Shown here: in pieces, positions 11,530 to 23,439 of the stretch
Layout of the letters: each line of letters begins with the position of its first letter
How positions within the stretch are numbered: position 1 is the first letter of the stretch
Assembly (NCBI GenBank): GCA_963845755.1
Contig: CAWJTV010000047.1
Span: forward strand, 128,001-192,000
Direction of reading: 5' to 3'
DNA length: 64,000 nucleotides
Source: an uncultured Planctomycetota bacterium
GTDB lineage: Bacteria > Planctomycetota > Planctomycetia > Isosphaerales > Isosphaeraceae
The notes under the pieces: generated by a model
Database searches by the model: none
What the model was told of the DNA's origin: nothing
What the model saw: only the letters and a program-made list of their open reading frames with translations
Translations under genes and position numbers: made by a program

Positions 11530-12493
11530 TCACGAGCCTTCCATCGGCGTGACGGTCAGGGTCATCTCCTGGCCGTCGCGAAGGATGACCACGGCGGCCG
11601 CATGGCCGGGTTCGGCATCCGCGGCGGCGGCGTAGACGTCCGTTATCGAGGCGGTCCAGCGGCCGTCGAGTGTCGTGATGACATCGCCTGCTTTCAGGCC
11701 TCCCTTCTCGGCGGGCGAGCCGGCCACGACGGCCATGATGGGGACGCCCGGCGCATCGATGCCGCCGATCGGCCCCCCCAGCCGGATCCCCCACAGACCC
11801 AGCGGCGCCAGCACACGGTGCCGCGCGACCTTCGGGCCCATCAGCCGGTCCTGGAGGTCCTTGACCAGGTCGCGGACCACGAAGTTGACCGGTTCGAATG
11901 TCATCTGATGGGCCTGGTAGTCGATCGTTGTCTTGTACCGGGCGAACAGGGTGAAGCCCATGATGCCATCGATCTTCTTGCCCATATTGTCGCCCAAGGC
12001 CTTCAGGAGCGGATGATCGAAGACGATCACCGGCAGTTTGTTGACGGTGAGCTCGCCGGCCTCGAGTTTCTCGACCTCGGCCTCACCCCGCATACCGAAC
12101 AAGAACGCGCGGGGGGCGTCGTCCTTGACCACACCCGAGGCCTCGCACACATGGTTGTTCAGGAGCGTAATCGGTGCACCCAGGTCGAAGATCAGATGAT
12201 ACGGCCCCTTTCCGTTGATCCGCGCCGAGACGAGCATGTGGTTCGACGGCAACATCACGAAGGGGACGACGGCCTTTTTCGACTTGGCCGGGCTCTTCGC
12301 CCCCTTCGCAACTGGAACCGACGCCGGTTGGGGAGCAGTTCGGAGCTGAGCCGCACGTCAGACTGGCCCCGAGAGTGAGGACGATCGCGGCGCTCAGGGC
12401 GACCGAGCTCCTCAGAACGATCCTTCCGATCGGAGCCGGTCTGGACTGATCGGCATGGTCGGTTGTGTCGCGCGCGATGAATCGTCGGTCCAT
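11530..12493 (-). CDS. Secreted retropepsin-like aspartyl protease + PDZ domain (frameshift near 12330)
   Basis: VSARINGKGPYHLIFDLGAP, IDGIMGF, GSPAEKGGLKAGDVI; the hydrophobic leader is in another frame. Confidence 0.75.
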
Positions 12494-12496
12494 GGC

Positions 12497-13448
12497 TCAG
12501 AGTCCCTCCCCGGCTGTGATCTCGAGTTGCAGCTCGCGGGCATCGGGCCCCGGGCCGCGGCGGATGGTGAGCGAGACGATTTCGCCCTCCCGGATCTCGG
12601 CCATGGCGGTGCGGACAGCTTTGATGTCGTCGAACGCGCCGGCCGAGGATCCGGAGGATCTGGTCGCCGGCCTTGAGACCGGCCGTCGCGGCGGGCGAGC
12701 CGTCGAGTACGCGGAGGACCCGGGGCCTGGATTGCCCCGACTTCGCCTTAGAGGTGGTATCCCATTCCAGGCCCAGGAAGCCCCGGGGATGCTGCTCCTC
12801 CTCCGGCTGTTTTCCCATGAACAAGGCAAGTCCCTTGGCGAGTGGCCCGAGCATATTCATCGCCTGCACACCCGCTGGTGCGCGGGCATCGTCGCCCCGC
12901 CCTCGACGCGCGACCCGCGGCTCGCGCGGTTCGGCATCCAGGCGGGTCCAGGTCATCCGATCCTGGGTCGGGTCGATCTCCAGGCGGAACCGCGCCAGGA
13001 TGGTGAACCCCAGAATCCCGTCGATCGTCTTGCCGGGCAGGCCCAGGGCGTTCATCCCCACGAGCTGGAAGATGTCCTCGACCCGCGCGTTGATCTTCGA
13101 CAGCCGCGCGCCCCCTTCGATGTCGAGCCGATCGATCGCAGTAAAGAGGTTATCCGCGTCCGGTTTCACGCCCGACTTCCTGGCCGTCTCGGTGGCGAGG
13201 TACAAGGCCGGCGCGCCTGAATCGACCAGGAAGTTGAATGGTCCCTTGCCGTTGATCCGGACTCGCACCAGGAAGTGGTTGGTATCCGTGAGGTGATACG
13301 GAACCCGGAACGACCGGCCGATCTGCGGGTCGCGCGGCGCCGACTGCCCGCGGCCTGCGGGGTCAACGGCCAGGACCATGGTCATGGCCGTCGCCGCCGT
13401 GGCCAGGGCCAGCCCCAGCCGCCACACTCGTCGAATCATGGAGCGCAC
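12497..13448 (-). CDS. Secreted retropepsin-like aspartyl protease + PDZ domain (frameshift near 12640)
   Basis: Signal peptide; VRVRINGKGPFNFLVDSGAP, IDGILGF, GFLGL, GSPAATAGLKAGDQI. Confidence 0.8.
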
Positions 13449-13802
13449 CGCTTTCCGTCCAGAATGGGACCAGAGGGCATCCAGCGAACCAACCCATTAT
13501 CCCAGATCGGCCGAAACGCGGTCTACCGGAAACACCCCAGGATCTCGACAGACGGATCCCAATTCAGCAACGTGGCTGTCGTCCTGGAGGTCTACTGGAG
13601 TCCTCCGTGGCTTCCAGGTACGACGAATTGGCGTTCCGTCCACACAACGGCGTGAGGAGATGCGATCGCCGCAGGTCCCGTAGGGGTTCCGGCGTCGATT
13701 CCCTCCGGTTAGCCGAGTCGCGAGTCTCAGTGACAACCCATGCCGGATGGACCACCGGGTCGCTCTATCGATCGCGAAGAAAGGAATGAGTGAACTGTGC
13801 GT

Positions 13803-15005
13803 TCAATCTCCGCCTTCGTGCAGTGGCCAATCCCAGAGATGGATGGTGCCGTCGAAGCCGCCCGTGGCCAGGCTGAGGCCGTCGGGGGCGAAGGCCAGCG
13901 AGCGGGTACCGGCATGATTGAGTTGCACCGGGCGCACAGCCAGGGTTGCGAAGTCCCAGAACGTGATCCGACCATGGAGGCCGGCGGCGGCGAGTGTCGT
14001 GCCGTCGGGACTGATCGCCACCGCAACGACGGGTCCCTCCGTCCCGCGCACGGCTGCGCGTTCGATCCCGGCGGAGACATCCCAGAGTCGCACGACCGGA
14101 CTGACCGGGTCCGCCAGGGCCAGCAACCGGCTGTCGGGAGAGTAAGACAGGGCGACGACCGTGTTCGACGGGCTGCGGATCGCCAGACGCTCGCGGCCCG
14201 TTGCCGGCTCCCAGACCCGCACGCTGCGATCGCCGCCCGAGGAGGCCAGCGTGGTGCCGTCCGGCGCGAAGCTCAGTGCGGCAACAAAGTCATCGTGACC
14301 TTCCAAGGCCGACCGCAATTTTCCCGTGGCCACGTCCCAGAACGTGATTCTCCCATCCTGTTGCCCGACGGCCAGCGTGGTGCCGTCGGGAGCGAACGCC
14401 AGGCTCGCAGCACCGACCGTAACATCCGCCTCGTCATCAAGGGACTGTTGTACCTCTGTGTTGAGGACGTGTAGCGCAACTGGTGCCGTCCGGCTCCCCG
14501 TCGCCATGACCTTGCCGTCGGGGGTGAATGACAGGCACCGAACCGGGACCGAGCCCGACTGCTGGAGGGGATACCCCCGTAGCGCCGATGGCTCGCGGAG
14601 TACCACCGAGCCATCGCCACCGACCGTCGCCAGCAGGCTCCCATCGGGCGAAAACGCGACCGACATGATCGCACCGACATGTTCTACCAGAGTCGCGTGA
14701 GGCCGAGTCGTCTCACGCTGTGGACATTCCCCCAGAAGGAAGGCCGCCGTCGCGATCATCGCTCCCACGAACGACATCGTCTGCCACGTCACCAGCCTCA
14801 GCCGGGTCGGATGACTTCGAGACTCCCGGTGACACCGGGAGTTCGACTTCCCACCGATTCGTTCCATGGGCTCGGCGATCCCTCTACCTGACATCATCGT
14901 GGCTCCATGGCCGAGGTTGGTCTCAGTTCGGGAGTCATTCACAGCTCCCTCGCCTACTTTCGTTTTCGCCGGGATCCGCACATTATTGAGCAACTCAACC
15001 CGCAA
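13803..15005 (-). CDS. WD40-repeat beta-propeller protein (start uncertain, possibly near 14780)
   Basis: About seven repeats of S-x-A-F-(S/A)-P-D-G...WD, preceded by a hydrophobic segment. Confidence 0.85.
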   Translation of the reverse strand: MRVELLNNVRIPAKTKVGEGAVNDSRTETNLGHGATMMSGRGIAEPMERIGGKSNSRCHRESRSHPTRLRLVTWQTMSFVGAMIATAAFLLGECPQRETTRPHATLVEHVGAIMSVAFSPDGSLLATVGGDGSVVLREPSALRGYPLQQSGSVPVRCLSFTPDGKVMATGSRTAPVALHVLNTEVQQSLDDEADVTVGAASLAFAPDGTTLAVGQQDGRITFWDVATGKLRSALEGHDDFVAALSFAPDGTTLASSGGDRSVRVWEPATGRERLAIRSPSNTVVALSYSPDSRLLALADPVSPVVRLWDVSAGIERAAVRGTEGPVVAVAISPDGTTLAAAGLHGRITFWDFATLAVRPVQLNHAGTRSLAFAPDGLSLATGGFDGTIHLWDWPLHEGGD

Positions 15006-15531
15006 TGGGTTCGCGATGACGATGCGGATTGTTTTCTCCGGCGCGACTCGAATGCGATTCGCCGACTATATGGTAGAATGCGAACCAGGACCGAGCGTCC
15101 ACCGCATTCCGTCAAAATCGCTGATGAGTCCACGCGTGCGACGATGCGGATTGAGAACAATGACAACCCGATTCGAAAGATTCGCGGCGTTCGTGGCGTT
15201 CCGCAGAAGCTTCCACGAGAGGGCCAATGCACCGTGCACTCATCTCGGAGATTCCCAATTCAACATTCCCGATTCCCTGGCTCCAACTGCGCCGAACCCA
15301 TGCGTGAATCGCCGCTAGACTGCGCCGGATTCTTCACTTTTTGTCAGTATGACAACTGTCGGGGAGGTTCATCCCAGGCAAGAACTGACCGAATGGATTG
15401 GGAGCGGGGAATCCGCCTTCGATCGCGACGGGGGCGTCATCAGGCCGCCGCCGGGAACGAATTCGCGGATTTCGACGGTGGTCGGTGGACGATCGGTTCC
15501 CGGCTGCATTCCTACTTGTAGAGGGACACCG

Positions 15532-16167
15532 ATGATTCCGGGCTCGGACGACTCCGAAGACCTCCTGTTTCGCGCCGCCGGAGGAGAAGACGCGGCCCTC
15601 GCTGCGCTCTGGGAGCGCCACAGGGCCCGGCTCCGGCAGATGGTCCGGCTGCGGCTGGACCGCCGGCTCCAGGGGCGGATCGACCCTTCCGACGTCCTCC
15701 AGGAGGCGTATCTCGACCTGGCCGCCCGACTGCCGGACTACGCGCGCGACCACCCGATGCCGCCCTATCTGTGGCTGCGGTTGGTCACCGGTCAACGGCT
15801 TGCGCAGGAACATCGCCGCCACCTGGGCACGGCCATGCGCGATGCCGGCCGTGAGGTGGTTCTCCACGCCGGTCCGTGGCCCCAGGCCAGCTCCGCAACG
15901 CTTGCCACTCAGTTGCTCGGACGGCTGACCACTCCGAGCCAGGCGGCCATCCGTGCCGAGCGGCAACTCCAGCTCCAGGAGGTCCTCAACCGTATGGACC
16001 CGATCGACCGCGAGATCCTGGCCCTCCGCCACTTCGAGGAACTCTCCAACGGCGAGGCCGCCGAGGTCCTGGGGCTCGCCAAGACCGCCGCCAATAATCG
16101 ATATGTCCGCGCCCTCGACCGACTTCGCGACCTCCTCGAGCAGACACCTGGCCTCTTCGACGAATAA
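15532..16167 (+). CDS. ECF sigma-70 factor, planctomycete type
   Basis: RLRLDRRLQGRIDPSDVLQEAY; DREILALRHFEELSNGEAAEVLG. Confidence 0.9.
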   Translation: MIPGSDDSEDLLFRAAGGEDAALAALWERHRARLRQMVRLRLDRRLQGRIDPSDVLQEAYLDLAARLPDYARDHPMPPYLWLRLVTGQRLAQEHRRHLGTAMRDAGREVVLHAGPWPQASSATLATQLLGRLTTPSQAAIRAERQLQLQEVLNRMDPIDREILALRHFEELSNGEAAEVLGLAKTAANNRYVRALDRLRDLLEQTPGLFDE

Positions 16168-16245
16168 GCCGGAAGGCCGCCCGATCCAGGCTCGCAAATT
16201 TACTAATATTAATTTACATAATTATGTCAAATTATTTATCGGACT

Positions 16246-18687
16246 TTGAACGGCCTCGGGATCGGGGATCCGCCGGGCACGACGGCGTCAAGTCCGGCCG
16301 AGGACGCCGCATTGGTGGGAGGGGCAACGATGCGGGAACCGGGTGACACGAGGACGAAGTGTTGCGACGGTGGGCTATCGCCCGACGGCGCTCGACCGGA
16401 GTTGAGGGGCGACCGGATCGGTGAGCTGGCGGAGTCATTCCTGACGCGTCATCGCCGGGGTGAGCAACCCTCGGTCGAGGACGATGCCGCGGCCTACCCC
16501 GAGTTGGCCGCCGACATCCGGCGCCTGTTCCCGGCGCTCTTGCTGATGGAAGAGCTCAAACCCGCTGCGTCCGACGACGCCTTCACGAGTGCGCCGGAGC
16601 GTCTGGGCGACTTCCGGATCCTCCGCGAAGTAGGCCGGGGAGGTATGGGAATCGTCTACGAGGCGGAGCAAGAGTCGCTCGGCCGCCATGTCGCCCTGAA
16701 GGTCCTGGGCGTGAACGGCCCGCGCGACGCCAAGCAACTCCTGCGGTTCCAGCGCGAGGCTCGTGCTGCGGCCAAGCTGCACCACACCAACATCGTGCCG
16801 GTCTTCGGCGTCGGCGAGTCTGAGGGCATGCACTATTATGTCATGCAATTCATCCCGGGACTGGGACTCGACGCGGTGCTGGGTGAGATCCAGCGGCTCC
16901 GGGAGCCGGAGTCAAAAGACGACTCGTGTTGTGTGATCCGTCGCGGCCGGGCGCGAGCCGTCGTCATGGCGCGCAGTCTGCTCTCGGGCCGAATCTCGTT
17001 CCCGTGCGCGCGAAGCGAATCGGCTCCGCGACAGGAGACTGCCTCCTCCGGCACTTCTGAGCTCGCCTCCACGACATCAGCGGTCTTGCCCGGGGAGTCC
17101 GGTACGTCGCCGGCAGACGCTCACCGCCGCTATACGCGCAGTGTCGCGATGATCGGCATCCAGGTCGCCGAGGCGCTGGAGTACGCACATCATCAGGGGA
17201 CACTCCATCGCGACATCAAGCCCTCGAATTTGCTGCTCGACGGCCAGGGGACCGTCTGGGTCGCCGACTTCGGGCTGGCCAAGGCGTCCGACAGCGACGA
17301 CCTGACGCACACCGGCGACATCGTCGGGACGCTTCGCTACATGGCACCCGAGCGGTTCCAGGGCCGTTGCGATGCAGGCTCCGACGTCTACTCTCTGGGC
17401 CTGACGCTCTACGAGCTGCTGGCGCGTCGGCCCGCGTTCAACAAAGTCGACCGGGCCGAACTGATTCGCCAGGTTACGTGCGAGGAACCGCCGCGACTGA
17501 GACGGCTGGACCCCACCGTCCCGCGCGACATGGAGACGATCGTGCACACGGCGATCGAGCGGGAGCCTGCCCGGCGCTATCCGGGCGCGGCGGCGCTGGC
17601 GGACGACTTGCGGCGGTTCCTGGCCGGCCGTCCGGTCCGCGCGCGGCGGATCAGCCGGGCGGAGCACGCCTGGCGCTGGTGCCGCCGCAACCCTGCGGCA
17701 GCGGCCCTGGTGGCGACCGTTCTGGCCCTGTGCGCGATGGCCGTCGCATGGTGGACGGAAGCCGCCCACCGCCAGGGTCGGGCGCGACAGTCGGTCGAGT
17801 CGGCGGTGGAACAGGTCGCCGTCTGGATGCGGCAGGGCCGCTGGACGGAGGCGAAGGCGGTGCTCCTCCAGGCCGACAGCCGGCTCTACGACGCCGGCCT
17901 GCTTCGAATGCGCGTCCGCTTCCAGCACTGGCTCTACGACCTGGAGCTTGCGGCCAAGCTGGAAGACATCCGGCTTCGCCGCACGGGGCTACTCGAAGAC
18001 CCGTCCCACCACCGAGCCACGGCCCGCGAGTACGCCGCGGTGATTCTGGAGGCGCGATCGAAGGTCTCGGACGATCGAACCGCCGCGGTACTCATCCGCA
18101 ACTCGCCGATCCGGGAACCGCTTGTCGCGGCCCTCGACGAATGGGCGATTATCGAGGAAGACGCGGACATGCGGTCACGGCTGCTGCAAGTCGCACGTTG
18201 GGCTGACCCCGACCCCGTGTGGCGTGACCGCGTGCGAAACGTGGCGGTCTGGCACGATCGCAAGGCCCTGGAGCGACTGGCGGCCGAGGCGCCCGAGACT
18301 GACGCGCCGCCCCAGTTGTTGACCACCCTCGGCGTCCTGCTCGAGCAGGCCGGCGGCGACGCCGAGCCGCTTCTGCGTGCGGCCCAGCGCCGCCGACCGA
18401 CCGACTTCTGGCTCAACTTCGAACTCGGTCGGATGCTCGCCCAGGCCAAGCCCTGGCAGGCCATCGGCTTCTTCCGCGCCGCGCTGGTGCTTCGTCCCCA
18501 GACCAGCTCGGTCTACTACAACCTCGGACTGGCCCAGGTGGCCGCGGGCGACCGAGAGGAGGCGCGGGAATCCTATCGCCAGGCCATCGCGATCGACCCC
18601 GGCATGGCCGTCGTCGGCACGCACCTCGGCGAACTCCTCGCCGCACCCGCCAAGCCGGCACCCGCATCGGACCGCTCGAGGCGATAA
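16246..18687 (+). CDS. Hanks-type Ser/Thr protein kinase with TM and C-terminal TPR
   Basis: GRGGMGIVY, VALK, HRDIKPSN, DFG, GTLRYMAPE, WCRRNP plus TM, TPR-like YYNLGLA. Confidence 0.92.
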   Translation: MNGLGIGDPPGTTASSPAEDAALVGGATMREPGDTRTKCCDGGLSPDGARPELRGDRIGELAESFLTRHRRGEQPSVEDDAAAYPELAADIRRLFPALLLMEELKPAASDDAFTSAPERLGDFRILREVGRGGMGIVYEAEQESLGRHVALKVLGVNGPRDAKQLLRFQREARAAAKLHHTNIVPVFGVGESEGMHYYVMQFIPGLGLDAVLGEIQRLREPESKDDSCCVIRRGRARAVVMARSLLSGRISFPCARSESAPRQETASSGTSELASTTSAVLPGESGTSPADAHRRYTRSVAMIGIQVAEALEYAHHQGTLHRDIKPSNLLLDGQGTVWVADFGLAKASDSDDLTHTGDIVGTLRYMAPERFQGRCDAGSDVYSLGLTLYELLARRPAFNKVDRAELIRQVTCEEPPRLRRLDPTVPRDMETIVHTAIEREPARRYPGAAALADDLRRFLAGRPVRARRISRAEHAWRWCRRNPAAAALVATVLALCAMAVAWWTEAAHRQGRARQSVESAVEQVAVWMRQGRWTEAKAVLLQADSRLYDAGLLRMRVRFQHWLYDLELAAKLEDIRLRRTGLLEDPSHHRATAREYAAVILEARSKVSDDRTAAVLIRNSPIREPLVAALDEWAIIEEDADMRSRLLQVARWADPDPVWRDRVRNVAVWHDRKALERLAAEAPETDAPPQLLTTLGVLLEQAGGDAEPLLRAAQRRRPTDFWLNFELGRMLAQAKPWQAIGFFRAALVLRPQTSSVYYNLGLAQVAAGDREEARESYRQAIAIDPGMAVVGTHLGELLAAPAKPAPASDRSRR

Positions 18688-18902
18688 CTCGATCCTGGCT
18701 CCTGGCCACCGACGCCCGACCACGGACCTAAAGTGTTTGCCCCGGCACGTGTAACGTGTTACGCTCGAAGTTCGTGCGTGTACGAAAGGTCGGACCGACG
18801 CGGGAGGTGCCTCCCCTGCGCCGACCCTTGCGCCTCAGTGATCCCCGCCCTCAGCGCGACGTGACGTGACGACATCCCTCTGACCTGCCGCGAGTCTGCC
18901 CC

Positions 18903-20333
18903 ATGGCCACCCCTGCTGCGACCATCAGTCCGCTGGACCGCGCCGATCCAAGGCCTATTTCCGGCTCTTGCCTCTGTTATTCCTCGGCTACGCCATCGCT
19001 TACGTCGATCGCATCAACATATCTCTGGCCGCGCTCAGGATGACCGAGGACCTGCCGGGCTTCAACAACGAAGTCATCGGCTTCGGCGGGATCTTCTTCA
19101 TCGGCTACTTCATCCTGGAGATCCCTGGCACGCTCCTGGTCGAGAAGTGGAGCGCGCGGAAATGGATCTTCCGGATCATGGTCACCTGGGGGATCGTGGC
19201 GGCGCTGACGGCGTTCGTGAAGACGCCGGTCCAGTTCTACGCAGTGCGGTTCGCGCTCGGCCTGGCCGAGGCCGGGTTCTTTCCGGGGGTGATCGTCTAC
19301 CTGACCCACTGGTTCCCCGCGCGCGATCGAGGGCGGGCCCTCTCCTGGTTCTTCATCGCCACGCCGGTCGCGCAGTTCGTCAGCCCCAAGCTCTCGTACT
19401 TCCTGCTGCGGATCGGCACCACGGAGACGGCCGGAGGCGTGACGGTCCATCACCCGCCGCTCTGGGGGATGCAAGGCTGGCAGTGGATGTACATCGCGTG
19501 GGGGATCCCGGCGGTGATCCTGGGAATCCTGGTCCTGTTCAAACTGCCCGACTGGCCCAAGGACGCGCCCTGGCTCGAGCCCGACGAGCGCGATGCCCTG
19601 GAGCAGGAACTGAAGCGCGAGAAGGAACAGCACAAGAAGGGGCGCGGTCATATGTCGGTCCTCGACGCGCTCCAGCACCCCAAGGTGCTGCTGCTGGCCG
19701 CCGCGTATTTCTTCGTGGTGTCGACCAGCTACGGTGTCGAGACCTTCTTGCCCAAGATCCTCGAGAGATGGTACGAGCTGAACCTGAGCGACCTGACCTG
19801 GGCGCTGATGATCCCGCCGCTGGGAGGGCTGTTCGGACAGCTCCTGGTCGGCTGGAGTTCGGACCGCACCGGCGAGCGCCGGCTGCACGGCTCGATCCCG
19901 ATCTATATCGGCGCCGCCGCGCTCGCCGGAGCGTTGGTGATCCCCGCGTCATTCTCATTCAACTGCGCGGCTGGCCATGGCCGTGGCGCTGTTCACGATG
20001 GCGCTCATGGGGCTGAAGTCGTACATGCCGGCGTTCTGGGCCCTACCCAGCCTGCTCTTGACGGAGGCGGCCGCCGCGGGGAGCATCGGCCTGATCAATT
20101 CATTGGGCAACCTGGGGGGATTCGTCGGCCCGTCCCTGCTCGGGATGATCGAGACCAAGACCGGCTCGTTCGTGTACGGCCTGCTCTACCTGTGCGTCTC
20201 GATGGCCATCTCGGCCACGATCATCTTAACCCTGGGACTGGGCCATCGCGTCGCCAAGGCTTCGGTCGAGGAGACGGCGCATGCGCTCCCTCTGTTCGAC
20301 GAAGAAACCGACTCGCTCGTCGAGCCGGTCTGA
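18903..20333 (+). CDS. MFS transporter, anion:cation symporter family (frameshifts near 18943 and 19965)
   Basis: AYVDRINIS, GLAEAGFFPG, GWQWMYI, AAGSIGLINSLGNLGGFVGP. Confidence 0.85.
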
Positions 20334-20652
20334 GCGAGGGTCTGCCTCCGGACCGCGATCCATGCGGCCAAACCCAATTCATCCCGTACAGCCGATTCCA
20401 TCCTTGCGTGTAGACTGTCCCCAGGGATCGACCGGCCCGGTCATCTTCGTCACTTTCTCACAAAAACCACGCGACAATCTGCGATTTCCAACTCTATAAT
20501 AATTGGTCTTCATAGAACTGTCCCGTGTCTTGTGCCGACGATCGACACCGAACCGACCAGGGTGTTGCCCACCATGAAGTGGCCGCCGAATCCGGCGAGG
20601 GTGCCCCGGCATGACTTCGATTCTTCATCCAAGGGATGGGGGGAAAGCCGAG

Positions 20653-21804
20653 ATGAAACCGATGCGCAGACCCCGAGGCTTCACATTGATCGAACTGCTA
20701 GTGGTCATCGCGATCATCGCCGTACTGATCGCACTGCTCCTGCCGGCCGTGCAGGCGGCACGTGAAGCGGCGCGCCGCATGCAGTGCACCAACAACCTCA
20801 AGCAGATCACGCTCGCCATCGCCAATTACGTTGACGTCAATCAAACGACGCCACTGCACGAGTACCGCTACACCTACGACCCCGAGGCCGGCGGCGACAC
20901 GTCGCGAGGCTACTCGGGCGACCATTCCTGGTACTGCGGCATCATGGCCTTCATGGACCAGATGACGATGTACAACTCCATGAACTTCTCTTACACTCAA
21001 GAATGGGCATACGGCGGTGCCATCCTCGGTCCCAGCCCGACCGACATGACCGTTATCAGGGCATCCGTGGCGACCCTACTCTGCCCTTCTGACGGGGTGA
21101 TCAACACGTGCTCGGGGGACACCACCGACAGCTATCCCAACGGCAACTTCAACTACGTCGGCAATACCGGGCACCCGCGGAACATCTTGCTCCCCGGCGA
21201 TTCGAAGACGAACGGCAACGTACCCCAACTGACCGGCATCATGTCGATGAATCGGATGTACACAGGTCAGGGCGCCTGCCAGAGCGCGGCCTATGCCGCG
21301 ACCACGAACGTGAACGTCACGCTGGCGAGCATCACCGACGGCACGTCGAACACCGCCGCAGTCAGCGAGTCGCTGGTCAACGACGGCACCGGCGCCATGG
21401 GTGACGGCCGGCGCAACCTGAATTATACGAACTCGGGCCTGGTGGAAGCCATCGACGTGCCCGCGCTGGCGGTCGTCCAGGACGGCCTGGCCGGGCCGGT
21501 CAACTGGCAACCCTGGAGCATCTACAAAGGGTTGAGCTGGGCCTACACCGACGCCTGGCAGAAGCACGTCTACGCCCACCTACTCCCGCCCAACGTGCCG
21601 CCAATCATCACCTACTACACCGATACCTTCCGTTGCCTGGAAGGCGACGGTGCCATGAACCCCACGAGTAACCATCCCGGCGGCGTGAACGTGTCGTTCA
21701 TGGACGGATCGGTGCATTTCATCAAAAACTCGATCAACCTCCAGACCTGGTGGTTCATGGGAACCCGCGGCCGGGGCGAGATCATTTCGGCCGATACCTA
21801 CTGA
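20653..21804 (+). CDS. DUF1559 protein with prepilin-type N-terminus and H-X9-DG C-terminal motif
   Basis: [58 protein letters not shown]. Confidence 0.95.
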   Translation: MKPMRRPRGFTLIELLVVIAIIAVLIALLLPAVQAAREAARRMQCTNNLKQITLAIANYVDVNQTTPLHEYRYTYDPEAGGDTSRGYSGDHSWYCGIMAFMDQMTMYNSMNFSYTQEWAYGGAILGPSPTDMTVIRASVATLLCPSDGVINTCSGDTTDSYPNGNFNYVGNTGHPRNILLPGDSKTNGNVPQLTGIMSMNRMYTGQGACQSAAYAATTNVNVTLASITDGTSNTAAVSESLVNDGTGAMGDGRRNLNYTNSGLVEAIDVPALAVVQDGLAGPVNWQPWSIYKGLSWAYTDAWQKHVYAHLLPPNVPPIITYYTDTFRCLEGDGAMNPTSNHPGGVNVSFMDGSVHFIKNSINLQTWWFMGTRGRGEIISADTY

Positions 21805-21862
21805 GGACACGCCCCTGCGCCGGCCACCTGGCGCGGGGGGACCGTAGCGAGACGAAACCGCG

Positions 21863-22340
21863 ATGAAGCTACCTCGAATTACGATCCCGGCCGTCCTGGT
21901 CCTGGCCATCGCGCTGTCGGTACTCGGCGATGGCTGCAGCCAGGGCGAGCCCGAAGTTGACAAGTCCGCCGAGTACACCCCCGAGTCGCTCGCACAGGAA
22001 CTGGCGTTTCGATTCAGCGGCCTCAGCCCCGAATCGAAGAAGTTGAACTCGCAGACCGCTCCGCCGATCGAAGTCCGACAAGAGCGTCGCCGACCTCGAG
22101 CGCAGCGAGAAGTCCAACAAGAAAAGTCAGAGCGCCCCGTTGGCCAAGGAACGCTCCGGGCCTCCGACCGTTGACGACCTGCTGGACGATGTCGGCTCCA
22201 AGTTGGACAAGATCAAGGCAACGCCCCGTGCCGAGTCGTACAAGAACCTCATCGAGGCGATTTCGAAAGACAGCTCCCTCAACGACTCGGACAGGAAGTT
22301 CCTCGCGGAGAAGCTCAAGGAGCAGAGCGAGGCGCCGTGA
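21863..22340 (+). CDS. Putative lipoprotein following DUF1559 (frameshift near 22055)
   Basis: Hydrophobic leader ending GCS; a Lys-rich continuation in another frame ends ...KLKEQSEAP. Confidence 0.6.
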
Positions 22341-22365
22341 AATCTCGAGGCATCTCGATCGACGG

Positions 22366-23420
22366 TCAGGGCGCCCCGAGTTCGGCGATCAAACGGCGAT
22401 AGACTTCGAACGCCGGCTTGGGCGTGTAGTCGTCGCGGAGGACGCCGAACTGGTAGAAGATGTCCGGATTCGAGCTGTCGGCATCGCGCAGATCGAATAA
22501 GTGATAGTGCGTGATGTGATAAGTTCCTCGATAGGTGTGAATCGTCCGGATGATGGTCTCGATCGCTGCGGCCTGCCGCTCGTAGGAGCGATCGGGGCTG
22601 GTCGGCCAGCCGTTCTCGGCGATATGGAGGGGCACCGACGCCGGGATGCCGGCGGCGGGCATCCACGTCTCGCGGATCGCCCGCAAGATGAACACGACCA
22701 TCCGGCGCAGGTCTCCCGGCTGACCGTCGGCCGCCGCGGGCCGGAACACGTCGGGGAAGAAGTCCAGGCCGACGTAGTCGAGAGCCTCCACGAACGGCTC
22801 TCGACCCAGCTCGCCGATCGTGCGCGCAGAAATCGTTGGCGGGATCGAAGGACGGGACCGCGTTGAAGCCGACCTTGAGATGGTCATAGCCGAGTCGCCT
22901 GGCCTCGTCCTTCGCGGCCAGCACGCCGTTGACCAGCGCCGTGCGGCACGTTTGGAAACGTGCCGTCGATCACCGGCGGTCCGTCCGTGAAGTTGGCCTC
23001 CTCGGTGACCTGTACGCTCTCCGCGAACTTTCCCAGCCGGCGGACTTGCCATCGGACGAAATCCAGATAGGCCTCAACATCGCCGCTCGCTGACTGGTAT
23101 TGCAGGACCACGTTGAGACGGCGTCCGTCGCGGGCATACTGCTCGACGTCCTGGGGGGTCGGGCTGCTGAGCGGCCTCGCGGACGACGCGTCATGAAACG
23201 GGATATAGCCCCGTACGATCAACGGTCCCCGATCGCCCTGAAGCTCGCTCAACGCGGCCTGGATCCGCGCGGGATCGTCGGGCGGCCCGACGAGGATCAC
23301 CGGGGAATCCGACCCGGTGGCGCTCCCCGGGTAGATCCCGAAGATCAATCGCGGAGCGGAATCGGATTGCGAGTCGGGCATATCATTCATAGGCGATGAT
23401 GATTGCGAGCCATCGCTCAT
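22366..23420 (-). CDS. Hypothetical protein, glycoside-hydrolase-like TIM barrel (frameshifts near 22945 and 22830)
   Basis: VQVTEEAN, DYVGLDFFPD, LHIAENGWPT and FGVLRDDYTPKPAF resemble clan GH-A motifs. Confidence 0.55.
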
Positions 23421-23439
23421 CGATACCTCCTGGCCTGGG

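Noticed and set aside
10180..11530. Replication origin beside the DnaA-like gene
   Set aside because: No TTATCCACA cluster, no AT-rich unwinding element and no dnaN.
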